Assembly: GCA_029287355.1 (NCBI GenBank)
Contig: JARFRH010000054.1
Location: 10,533 to 74,532 of the forward strand
Source of the DNA: Maribacter sp.
GTDB taxonomy: Bacteria > Bacteroidota > Bacteroidia > Flavobacteriales > Flavobacteriaceae
Length of the DNA: 64,000 nucleotides
Reading direction: 5' to 3'
In this document: positions 1 to 13,000 of the stretch, piece by piece
Position numbering within the stretch: position 1 is the first letter of the stretch
Layout: every line of letters begins with the position of its first letter
The notes under the pieces: model-generated
Databases searched by the model: none
The model's input: only the letters and a program-made list of their open reading frames with translations
Told to the model about the DNA's origin: nothing
Translations under genes and position numbers: made by a program

Positions 1-84
1 TTCCGCGAAGAATTGCTTCAAAAGCTGGGACCAACTTTTACCAAAGAAATTCGTAGCCATTCACGAAAATCCGTTGCCGGCTAG
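1..84 (+). CDS. 3' end of an unidentified CDS entering the window
   Basis: Frame 1 is open from base 1 and reads FREELLQKLGPTFTKEIRSHSRKSVAG to TAG at 82-84. A long non-coding region follows. Too short to identify. Confidence 0.45.
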   Translation, partial: FREELLQKLGPTFTKEIRSHSRKSVAG

Positions 85-1072
85 AAGGTTAACCCGAAAC
101 TGAATATTGCCAATTGTACCAGGTAAATTCTAATGCATTAAACACAAAGCGCATATGCCCTCAAGCAACATCCAAAAGAACGGAAACCAATGATCGAAAA
201 AATGAACACTTGGCAATAAATCAAAACAGCAAGTCAATTTATGGTATTCCTTTCCTAGATTATTTACAAATCCAACTTGGTTAAATTTTTAGGATCAGCT
301 CTTCTATGAAGAAGAAATCATATCCCTGATAAAATCTATCACACAATCCTTCGGTAAAGAGTAAACTAGATTCCGTTAAAAATTACATGGATAAAAACCT
401 GTTTGTTTCCTATCAAATATCTTTTGCCTTTTTTAACCGATTCGTATTTCAGTTCATGCGAAAATTTTAAGTTCCTATTGCCGATTGCACTCTTCAAACC
501 TATTTTATAGAACATCCTTAATTCAAAACGGTAGCATTCAAATAGAAAATGGCAGCTGTTTTAAAGACCTGTAGCAAACTAATTGCGCGCGAAAAGATGT
601 TATTCCATCATTAAATGAGCTTCTTCATATCCTTATTTTTTTTCGTTTTGGATTTAATTCCAGTAGTGCCTCTTAGGTTATTCAATGCTCTTATTTAAAC
701 CGTTCAAAGGCGTCTATTGCATCGGATTCTAGCTTGTTTTTCCTTGCCAAAACGAATTCCAATGCGCGGTTAGTCATTACGTCAGAAACGCATTACTTCG
801 TTTAAAACCGCCTGATTTAGCCCTTCTGTCCGTGTTTCACATGATGAAGCTATTTCGGCCGAATCGGGTCATTAAACACTCATAAATTAGGCTTTCACAA
901 CAAGAAATGACCATGATACAACAATAAATTCTGCCCCTCATTATTAAGCTTAATATTTGTTAGTAATACCGATTTTACTTGGGCTTCAAGTATGGCGCGA
1001 GAAAATCTATTAAAGAACTTGCCAATTGGCTTCATGCCGTTTGGTTAGTACACCCAAATCTAATTTGACCCA

Positions 1073-4000
1073 ATGCTACCAAACCTGACCAAAAAATTAG
1101 TCGTTGTTTTAGTGTTCCTGATCGCTTTTGTCGGGTTCTCACAAGAGTACAACAACTTTGAGGTTCGCTATCAAAACAACATCAAAGGCGATTTGACCTT
1201 TATTTCGAATCAAATCGTTAATCGTGATGGAGGTACTGCTACTACAGAGCCTGAGGACGCCTATAACAACCTTAATAATACCAATGGCTATTGGCCCTCT
1301 AGCAACAGAAATGTAGAAACAGGGGGGTATTATAATTACAACGATTATAAAGATATGCGGTACATCGATGTTGATGGTGACCCTTCCACTTTCAATTCGA
1401 GTACGACAACCTTCAATTTTCCGAATACAGATTGTAATCTTATACGATATGCCGGACTCTATTGGTCCGCTACCTATCCAAGGGACAATACTACCGACCC
1501 CATAGGAACGCCTAGACAATATGCGATTGATCAGGTAAAGTTAAAAGTACCCGGTGGAGCGTATGTCAACATTACAGCCGATGAGGTACTCTATGATGGA
1601 CTTTTTGACCCTGCTCTAATGGCGAATGCCCCGTATGCTGCCTATGCTGACGTGACCGCTCAAATTTCGGCCCTCGCAGATCCAACCGGAGATTATACCG
1701 TCGCCGACATCCCTGTCGCCCAAGGTGTAGGATATGACCTTGCAACGGGTACGAGCCATATGACTGGAGGCTCCGCCGGTGGTTGGACGCTGGTAATCGT
1801 TTACGAAAACCCGACATTGACAGGCAAACTCATCACTACTTTCGACGGTTTTGCCAGAGTGACCGGAACGGATCAGATTGATATCAACTATAATGGTTTT
1901 ACAACCATTCCCGTTGGTCCGGTAAACGCCGATATTGGTGCCGCAGCATTGGAAGGTGACTTTAGAATTACCGGTGATTTCATGAGTATCGAGGCTGCGA
2001 GCAATTCGGGCTTTACAACCATGAGCAACACCGTCAATCCGGCAAACAACTTTTTCAATAGTAATATCACGCTTGATGGGGCCTTGCTTCCGGGAAGAAC
2101 CCCCAGCAGTGCAAACACCCTTGGGTGGGACACGGATATTTTTCAACTCAACAATCCAATTAACGGTGTCATCCCCAATAATGAAACTGCTGCTACTTTT
2201 CGATTTGGAACTAGTGGAGATCAGTATTATCCTTTTTTCAATTCTTTCAATATCGAAATTATCGAGCCAGACATCGTTCTGGAGAAAAAAGTAGAGGATA
2301 TCGGGGGAAATGATATTACCGGGCAAGGTGTCAATCTTGGACAAGTCTTGGATTATGTGCTGTATTTTACAAATTATGGTAATGATGATGCGACCAACTA
2401 CACCATAAGGGATGTTTTACCGATAAATGTAACACTTGATGAGGCCAATATCACCATGCCGCCAGGAACGACCTACGTCTATACCCCTGCAACAAGAACT
2501 GTTGAATTTACCATTCCCGACGATATCATTCAAGCAGGCGATCCCACGGCTAATATTCGTTTGCGGGTTCAGGTTGCGGAAAATTGTTTTGACTTCATTG
2601 ATGCCTGTACCGATTTGATTCAAAATGTGGCATATTCTACCTACGAAGGGGGAATCAACGACAATCAGATTACCGATGATCCCAGTGTCACGGCATTTAA
2701 TAATTGTCAGCCACCAACCCCAGGGGCTACCAACTTTTTATTGGATGACCTATCTGACTGTAATTTTACGCGCTCAGTTGAGCTTTGTGGAAGTAGCGCA
2801 TTACTGGATGCCGGTGATAATTTCGACAGCTACATTTGGGTAAGGGATGATAATAATAACAATGAAATTGATCCATCAGACCCCGTAATTACCGATGGTG
2901 ACCCAGACAATGATCCCAGCACGATGACCGTAACTACCGTTGGTACTTATATCGTTGATAAAATCGTTGCCGATCCGTGTAAAGGTTTCAAGGAAATCAT
3001 AAATGTGGAGGCCTATGGTTCGGGTACGATTCCCAACCCTATTATAGAATATTATACTACCGTAAATGGTGATGCCGACCCCTCAAATGATATTGCGGGG
3101 GAAATTGTTACTTGTTCCATTGATGGCGATCTTTTACCCAAAATATTTCTTTGTGGAATTAATGATTCTGCTCCGCTCTTAGTAAACATACTTGACGCAC
3201 AAAGCATTTCCTGGGAAGTGTTGGACGAAAGCAGTTGTGCTCCGGAAGGTGATGATTGTGCGAACAAAAACCTTACCTGTACATGGAATGAAGTGAGCAC
3301 CGGTTCATCATACGAGGTAACAAATGCGGGTAAATATCGTTTATCGGTCACCTATCAAAATGGCTGTACTTCTCGTTTTTACTTCAATGTTTTTCAGAAC
3401 ACACTCGACATTCAATACAACAAAAGGGATATTGTTTGTACTACCAATGGAAATATTACCATAACCAATCTGGGCGCCAATTACGGTTTCCAATTGGTGG
3501 ATGAAGCTACTAACGCTATTTTGATTCCATTTAGCGCCAACAACGGTCCCAGTTTCGATTTCGGACCAGGAGAAAATGGCGGTTATTTTGTTGAGGTTAC
3601 ACAGTTGGATGGCACAGGAAACCCGATAGTTGGAGCTTGTGTTTTTAGTACTCCCGAAATCGGAGTCCTGGACAGGAATGTGACCTATAATGTTAATGTC
3701 ACAGATGTTACCTGTACGGCAATGGGACAGGTAAATATTCAAGTGCTCAACGCTGAACCAAATTATGAATACGAGATTCGATTGGATGATGGTTCAAACG
3801 GTGGATTGGGAACTCTTGTAGACAGTGAAACTGCCCAGCCTGACAATAATTTCACATTCACAGACCTAAATCCAGGAAACTACATTGCTGTGGCCAGAAC
3901 GGCGGATGGATGTTCTTATAGTGAGCAAATAACAATAATTGACGACAACGATCTGGAACTTGAAGCGCGCGTATCACAACATGTTACTTGTAAGGAAGGA

Positions 4001-7000
4001 AATATTCTAATGGATTCAAACGGAGGTCAAACGCCTCATACTTATGCCATTTGGTCTTTTGTTGATGTCAATGGAATTGTTGTAACATCGTATCCCGATG
4101 TAAGCGCAATAGCCCCTTCTGAATATCAGACCAGTGTGATTTTCGACATCCTAGAACCTGGGGAATACACTTTTGTAGTAGTAGATCGAAATAATTGCTA
4201 TGCCTTTTCCGATACCGTTGAAATAGAATTCCGGCCTCCAGCAGAATTCGGCCAAGCTAGCTATACGCATCAAGCTTGTTTTGGAGATGCCAGTGGCGCC
4301 ATTCAGATGAACCTTATCGATAATGGAGGGTATCAGCTGACGTATTATCTTTTCGATTTTTCGATATCCGCTGAAGATGCGCTAGCTGAAAATTTTGATA
4401 TTAACCTAGCCCTCGCCTCCAACGCCTCAGGATATTTTCCTGGTCTTATGACTGGTGATTACACCATAATTGTCAATATGCGTAAAGGGAGTGCGTCCTG
4501 TAATTTTCCTCATTACCATACCATTACCGGCCCTGCGAATGCTCTTGCGGCCGAAGCAGTCTTGATTGATGATTATACTTGCGTGCAAGATGGCATTATC
4601 GAGGCCCAAAATGTAGTGGGCGGAACTGCACCCTATTCCTATAGTATTGATGGGATTAATTTTTTCTCCGGACCAGGTGCTGAAAGATTTAGCGGCCTCA
4701 CCGATGGCAATTATACCATTACCGTTAGAGACGATTTAGATTGTACCATTACAACGAATACAATTACAATAAATCCAAGAAACGAGCCTAGCGATTTGAC
4801 CTTCGTTTCAACCCAAGCCCTATGTCCGGCATTAACCTCGGATGTTACGGTAACCGTAGTTGATGGGAATGCGCCATTTACCTATGAAATTATTGCGCCC
4901 CTTGCCAACGCAACAAATAATGTGAATGACCCGCTTTTTGTTGGATTAACACCGGGCACTTATACTTTTCAGGTTACTGATGATAAGGGTTGTGTAATTC
5001 AGGAAAGTTATACTATTGCCTCCGTTGTGCCGATAACAGTAACCGGCCAACTAGATCGTAATATAAGCTGTTTGGGTCTGTCGGACGGGGCGGCCAATTT
5101 CAACGTAGGCAACTTCAACACGACCTACGATTATTCCATAACCGGACCCGCAACTTTTTCGGGCACAGCAGTGTTCCTCAATACCATTCCATTGACCGGC
5201 TTGGCAGCAGGAACATATAGTATCACTGTCACGGACAATGACACCAATTGTATCGCGACAACGGACGTTACAATTGCAGCACCACCCGCCGCTTTGGTTA
5301 TCGCTAATCTTGACGTGACCGACATGAGCTGTTCAACTATTGGCACAAACCCTGGTTCGGTGGTAATTTCGGCTACTGACGGATGGGGTGTATACGAATA
5401 TGAATTGGAAGATCCGACTGGGGGAACTGTAGGGCCTCAACCTACCAATTCCTTTACCGGTCTCACCGACACCTCTGGAAATTATACGGTAACCGTACGA
5501 GATGCAGGTGGTTGCGAAGTCACACAGACCTTTATGCTTAGTCCTGCTATAGCTCCAGTATTGGCGGTAACCGCCAATAGCTTGTGCTATGACGGCACAA
5601 CAGGACTCACCATAACGGCAAATGTGACCTCTGGGGGTGAAGCCCCTTTCCAATATAGATTAGCGCCTAGTGGTGCCTACCAAAGTAATCCAGTGTTTTC
5701 CGGACTTGGCCCAGGTGCTTATACCATTGAGGTAATAGACAGCAAGAACTGTACGGCAACTGCCAGTATCGATGTCTTCCCGACTTTGACCGCATCGGCC
5801 AATCTGGTCAAGGACCTTGATTGTAGCGCAACACCCGACGCAGAAATCAGTATCAATATTACAGGCGGGAATCCGACATTCAACTACGAGGTTATTAGAG
5901 ATGGAGCTTCGGTTCAAGCGAATACACCTGTACCCGGCATTCCGTTTTCATATTTTACGACTACGGCCGGCTCCTATGAATTCATTATTACCGATATCGA
6001 AAGCTGTACGGTGACCACTAATCAAGTGCTAGTAACGGCCAATGATCCGCCTACGGCAGTGGAGGTCTTAACTGACCCCTTGTGTGCCACAAGCGCAGAT
6101 GGCATTGCAGAACTACAGATTTCAGGAGGTACGCCACCCTATCAAATCGTTTTTGACGGAAGTGCGCCTTCAACTCAGACAGCCTATCCTGGCCTAGTTG
6201 CAGGAACCTATAATTATTCTGTAACTGATTCAAAAGGCTGTATTCTCAATGACGATGTAACTTTGTCCGCTCCGGCAGTATTGTTACCTGGAACTATTGA
6301 TTTAGTGACAGCGTATCGTTGCGACAACACTTCGGCAACATTGCAGGCAATAAACTATTCTGGTGGAACGCCAGGATATACCTTCAGTATTGACGGGGTT
6401 ACCTTCCAAGCTTCCGATACTTTTAGCACAGGCATAACTGCAGGTTCTTATACCATTACGGTTAGAGACACCAATGGATGTACAGAATCAACACCGGCGG
6501 TTGTCATCGATCCACTTGATCCTCCCACTGATTTAACTTTTACACAATCAGCACCCACGTGTCCGGCAATTGTTTCGGATGTAACAGTAACCGTCATCGA
6601 TGGAACTGCTCCCTATGTTTATGAAATTACAGCACCGGCTGCAAGCATTGACAATAATGGCAACAACAACGTATTTACAGGTTTGAACCCTGGTACGTAT
6701 ACGTTCCAAATTACAGATGGTAAGGGCTGCATTATTCAGGAAAACTATACGGTTACAGATATTCCAAGAGTGGATGTTATTTCGCAATTGACCAATAATG
6801 TTAGTTGTTTTGGTCTTTCTGATGGCGAATTCTCATTTACCACTAGTGATTTTGCAAGCACCTACAGCTATACGGTTGAAAATAGCGCTGCTACAGTTGT
6901 ACAATCTCAGCCCAATATTAATTTGCCCACTGCCATAGCCGTAGCCGGTCTTATTGCAGATACATACACAGTTACGATTACCGATGATACCACGAATTGT

Positions 7001-10000
7001 ACCGCGACAACATCGATGGTTATTAGCAACCCTCCCGCCGCATTGGATTTTACATTTACCAATACCCCCGTAACCTGTATTGAGAATGCTTCAATAATAG
7101 TTACGGCAACCGATGGTTGGGGCGGTTATGAATACCAATTAGAAAATACGGTTGGCCCTGCCATTGTATACGCTTATCAAGCAAATAACACTTTTGTAAA
7201 TGTTCCTGCTGGAAGCTACACCATTTATGTGCGAGACGCTGGAGGTTGTGTTGTTAGCAAACCAATAGTGCTCGACCCAGCAGTAACCCCCACTATTGCA
7301 GTAGACGCTGTTTCAGACTACTGTTTTGATAATACAAATCAGGCATCACTGGTTATTGATATATCCGATGGGGTAGCCCCATTCACATACAGTATTAATG
7401 GAGTTGATCAAGGTGCTGCCGTGGGCAATCCCTTTACGATCGCCAATTTGATTCCTGGCAACTATACTATTCAAGTAACCGATGGGTATGGTTGTGTTTC
7501 GAATATTTTAAACGAAACCATTGCGCCGCAATTAAGTGCATCGGCCATCGTCACTAAAGCCTTGGATTGTACCGTTTCGCCCGATGCCATAATCGATGTT
7601 TCCATTAGTAATGGTTATACTCCCTATGTCACCTATGAGGTAAGTTCTGACGGTGGTACATCTTGGTCAGCTACAACTGCTATTGTTGGAGCTAATTTTA
7701 CATACTCAACTCCTTCAGCTGGCACCTACGACTTTAGAATAACCGATAACCAGGGATGTGCCGTTATTACACAGGCAATTATTGGCCCTATAGTTAATCC
7801 AGAAATAACCTCCCTAGTGCAGACCGCCGACATTTTATGTAATGGCGATGCCGGTGCTTCCATACAGGTTAATTTGGATACGATACAAGGTGTTGCGCCA
7901 TTTACTATTTCGGTATTGAACACTACGACTTCCACAAATTATGGAACCCAGACTTCTGGTCTTCCGGCAGGCACTTATGAAGTTACTGTTACTGACGCCA
8001 AATCATGTTCCGATATGGAAATTATCGTTATCGATGAGCCTGATGCCATAACCTACGATATCAGCTTGGTTCCGATCACCTGTAATCCAGCTACCGGAAC
8101 GGACCCAGGTTCCATATCGGTAGAGAACTTACTCGGAGGAACCGCCGAATATGAGTATCATCTAACTGGAAATAATGGCTATAGCGCATCTTATGCCACT
8201 ATTTCTGGTGGTGAAAATCACACTTTTGCCATACTCGAGTTTGGTATTTATGAGGTTGATGTAATCGACGCTAATGGGTGCTCTGTTGTTACAACCAACA
8301 TCATCGCTTCGCCGCCTGATGATCTCGATATTGATGTATCTGCAATTACGGCGGATTGCGTTTCTGGTGGTACTGCAATAGTTACAGTAAGTACGGCCAT
8401 TCTTGGAACGAATTATGAATTCGGTATTTTGGACAGCTTTGGTGTGCCATATGCCTCTACATATTTCGCGCCTGATACCGCTGGTGGTCCGACTAGGACC
8501 TTTACGGGGCTTACACCTGGCATTACCTATACGTTCGTCGTTCACGATATGACGACGAACTGTTATTATTTTGAAACAGCCGCTGCGCCAATCGATTCAC
8601 CTTCGAATCTAACTTCGACCCTTGATGCCGTTAACAACATTACCTGTACCGGTAGTGCTGATGGTAGTGTAAGCTTTTCTTTTGACAATTATGCTGCGGA
8701 TGCTACCAGCGTCACTTATGAGATATTCAATTCGCAATCTAATGCCTCCACTGGAATTACAGGTACTGAATCGGTAAACGCCCCTCCGGTAGGAACAGGT
8801 GTTACGGTAACCAATGTAGGGCCCTTGCCCTACGGTGTGTATTATATTCTTTTTAGTGAGGATGATGGTACCTATTCGGGTTGTTCTGTAGCCTCTGCTC
8901 AATTTACAATAACCGAATCGATAAACGAGTTAGCGGTCACCGCAACATTGGAAAAAAATGACAATTGTAATGTAAATGCCGGCCAGGTATCAGCTATCGC
9001 TCAATTCGGAACAAGACCCTATGAGTATCAAATTGCCTTAAGTACAGACCCCGCACCTACAGCATTGGCCTGGGCCGGAAGTACTGCCAATTTTTTCAAT
9101 GTTGAAGGTGGTGATTATATCGTTTATGCCATGGACGCCCATGGTTGTATCAGATTCGACGCAGTTACCGTACCTACTGACATAGAACCAGAAATCAGCC
9201 TAGTCCTTAACGACCAATGTACCGCCGATGAAGGTGGCTTTAGCGTTGATATCATCTTAGACGTTCCGGGAATTGTTCCGCACGCAATAAGCATAGATGG
9301 TTCTGCGCCCCAAGCTGCTCCTGGGCTTGTTAATGCTGGAGATAGGATAACTATTAGCAACCTCTCTTCTGGTCCACATACTTTTGCGGTAGTTGACCTT
9401 AACGGTTGTGCCGATACTGACCCTATAACTATTTATCCTCCTTTAAATATTAGCGCGAATATTAGCGCGGTCGAAAATTGTGACCCAGCAAATTCCGGCG
9501 AAGTTACAGTTACTGTGAACGGAGGTTCAGGAAATTACTCATATACACAAATTACTCCTGCCGGACCTACAAACCCCACGGGTGTTTTCACCGGATTGAC
9601 ACACTCTGTTAGTTATACGTTCGAAGTTTTGGACACCACTACTAACTGTACATTGCCAATTGACATTACGTTGCCGGCACCAGCCATTCCAACATTTACA
9701 TTGGATGCGACGGATGTGAGTTGTTTTAGTGGTGCAGACGGAACAATAACCGTGACCCTGGACCCGGGGAATATAGATATCCCCTATGAATATAGTTTAG
9801 ATGGTGGTACCACCACGCAGACATCTAATGTCTTTCTTGGTCAAACTCAGGGAACCTATACCATAACCGTTATTTCAGATAAGGGCTGTGCGGATACAAG
9901 GTCTATTGATATTAATGAGCCTTCGGCACTTGATGTAAGCGCCTCAGCGTCTGCTTTTAGCTGTGATGATGCCGCAAGCACAATCACCGTAACTATAAAC

Positions 10001-13000
10001 AATGACGGCACCGGAAATCCTTCAGGAACTGGGCCTTATGTATATAGCTTTGACAATGGTATCAATTTTCAACCTGGCAACACCTCTCAAGTTCCATTTG
10101 GTTCGCCTGATGTGAATGTGGTCGTTAGGGATGCCAACGGATGTGCGGATACTGAAATTGTTCCGATCCCGGTAATGCAAGAAGTCACTGCGGTTGTAAA
10201 TCAACTGCAACCGATTGATTGTAGCAACCTTCAGGAAATTGTCGAAATCGTAGCTTCGAACGGCTCCGGAACATACTCTTATACTGAATTGCCTAGTGGT
10301 AATATAGTGGCTGACCCTACCAACATTATATTAACCCAGCCTGGTACTTATGTTTTTGAAATTCTGGATACCGTTACCAATTGTTCTGTAACGGTTGAAC
10401 ATATCATTGCTCCTTACGACTTGATCGAAGTAGTTGCAGCCGTTACTACAGATGCTACTTGTAGTGATAGTGCAGATGGGGTTATACAGGTTACCATTAC
10501 AGGATATTCCGGTACTTTCGATTATCAAGTTTTGGACAATACCGGAACACCGATTGCCGGAACATTGAATTCCGACAATGCAATCGCCGATCCACATACC
10601 TTTAATCTGGCGAGCACGCTACCAGCGGGAATATATTCTATTCAGATTACAGAAACTACTTTTCCAGAATGTCAAGATGTTTCGAATCAGGTAACCATTG
10701 ATGCGCCAGAACCACTTGCACTTCAATTGGTAGATAATGTGAACGCAAACTGTAATGAGGCTAATGCCATAGTTACCGTACAGGCATCTGGCGGTACCGC
10801 GCCTTATTCATACGGGGCTTCAATTGGAGGTGCCGGGATTCCTGCAACATTCCTGTTTGACAGTACCATAGAATTAGATCCGACGACAAGTCTGAACTGG
10901 GATATATATGTTCAAGATGCCAATAACTGTGTAATTGCAGGTCCTTTGGCGGTTCTAATTGATACCGACACCATTCCGGACATTAGCCTAGTGCTAGACG
11001 ATGAATGCGTTGCCGAGGGAAGTTTCGAAATAACGGTTTCTCTTGATGCGATTAACCTTGGTGTTGCTCCATACACCATGAGCATAGACGGACTTGGTTT
11101 TCAAAATATTCCAAGCTTCCCATATACTTATACAAATCTAAGTGCTGGCCTTCACAGTGTTGAAATTCGAGATGCGAACGGATGTGGGGAAATAGAAAAT
11201 ATCACTGTAGATCCTGAATTACGTGTTACAGCTCAAATCATAAGTCAACCAACTTGTAATACTGATGACGGTGTTATAGCGTTTACCGTTATAGGAGGTG
11301 ACGCAAGTAATGCCGTAACGCTATTGAATGCTGCCACAATGGTAGACACCGGCTTGACTCCAGTTGGAAATCAATTTAGCGGACTTGCCTTTGGAGATTA
11401 TATCGTACGTGTAACCGATACGCCTTTAACCGCTATATCTTGTACTGCCGATGCCCCTGTATCATTGGAAGAGCCTACTCCTGTTACGCTTTTGGCAACC
11501 GATCCGACTGATATTAGCTGTGAAGGTGCTTCAGATGGTACAATTACAATTAATTTAGAGCCCTCAAGCGCTGGCGTAAACGACAACCCGCCTTATACCT
11601 TTGAGATAAACGACGGCTCCACGACCACCACACAAAACACGAACTTATTTACGGGACTGCCTGCTGGCACTTATGATATTACAGTTACTTCTAACAGAAA
11701 CTGTATAGCTATTGATCAGGTAACAATCAGCGAACCAACAGCATTGGTCGCCAACATTACTAATCTGACTCCTTTTGCTTGTGATGCGGATAACGCCCAA
11801 CAATCAGCGACTATCGAAGTGACTATAACAGCCGGAACAGGTACGCCTGATTATTCTTATAGTGTTAATGGCGGAGCTTTCTTGCCAACTGGTGGAACCG
11901 TGTTTACATATACCGTGAGCACTGCAGGTAATTACGACATTATTATTCGCGATGCAAATGGTTGTCCATTTACGTTGCCCACAGTGACTATTGCCCCTTT
12001 GAATACTTTTACGGCCGACGTGACTCAAGACCTTGCGATAACCTGTGACCCTGCCCAACCAGAGCAAGTCCTTATTACTGTGACCGAAACAGCAGCTTCT
12101 GGGGATATCTATAGTTTTGATTTATTGCCTATTGGTAACCCCAACGGCGTAATGACTTCCAGTACAAATACCACGGCCAATTTTGATCTTACCGCTGTGG
12201 GTAGGTATACTTTTAGGGTAACCAACACAACTACCGGATGTTACATTGATACGGCGCCCTATGAGATTGCTCCATACGATTTAATCGAAGTAATTGCAAC
12301 GGCTACCACACCACTTACTTGTTTCAATGACGGTACCGGCGCAATGGAAATTAACATAACCGGTTATGCGGGAACGTACGACTACCAAATTTTTGATAGC
12401 GCAAACAATCCTATTGGAGGGCTGGTTAGCACCGACACAAGCATCAACCCAAGACCTATTACTGGCTTAAACGGAGGCAATTATTACATACGGGTAATCG
12501 AAACAGACCCTACAAGTACCATGTGTGATGACGATTCAAATGTGGTAACGATACAATCTCCAGACATGCCGTTAGCGGAACTAACAACACCGCTAACCAA
12601 CGTCACCTGTGCTGACGGACAAGGAGAGGCTTCTGTTGTACCAAGTGGAGGATATGCTCCCTATGATATCATCTTGACGAATACTACTACGGGCCAAGTA
12701 TCCCCAACTGCTACTGATGTACAAGCAATGGTTTTTACGGGTCTTTCGGCTGGCGATTATAGTGTGGAGGTAACGGATAGCAATGGATGTGTTATTACTA
12801 ATAGCTATCCTAACCTTTTTGTTCTCCCCACGTACATCATTGCAAATGCAATACCACTTGTTACTAATTTAGCATGTTTTGGTGATACTACCGGCACTGT
12901 TACGGGTATTGTAACTAGTGGAGGAAGCGGTTCATACGAATATCAACTAAATTATTACGATGACGCAGGTGCCACTATCGAGGCCACCACCGGTGAACAG

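Noticed and set aside
105..218. 9-bp inverted repeat TATTGCCAA/TTGGCAATA as an invertible promoter
   Set aside because: Short and AT-rich, with no clear promoter between the arms, no recombinase nearby, and about 850 bp from the gene.
833..848. TGTTTCACATGATGAA resembling a parS site
   Set aside because: Only the left half matches TGTTTCACGTGAAACA; it is not palindromic.
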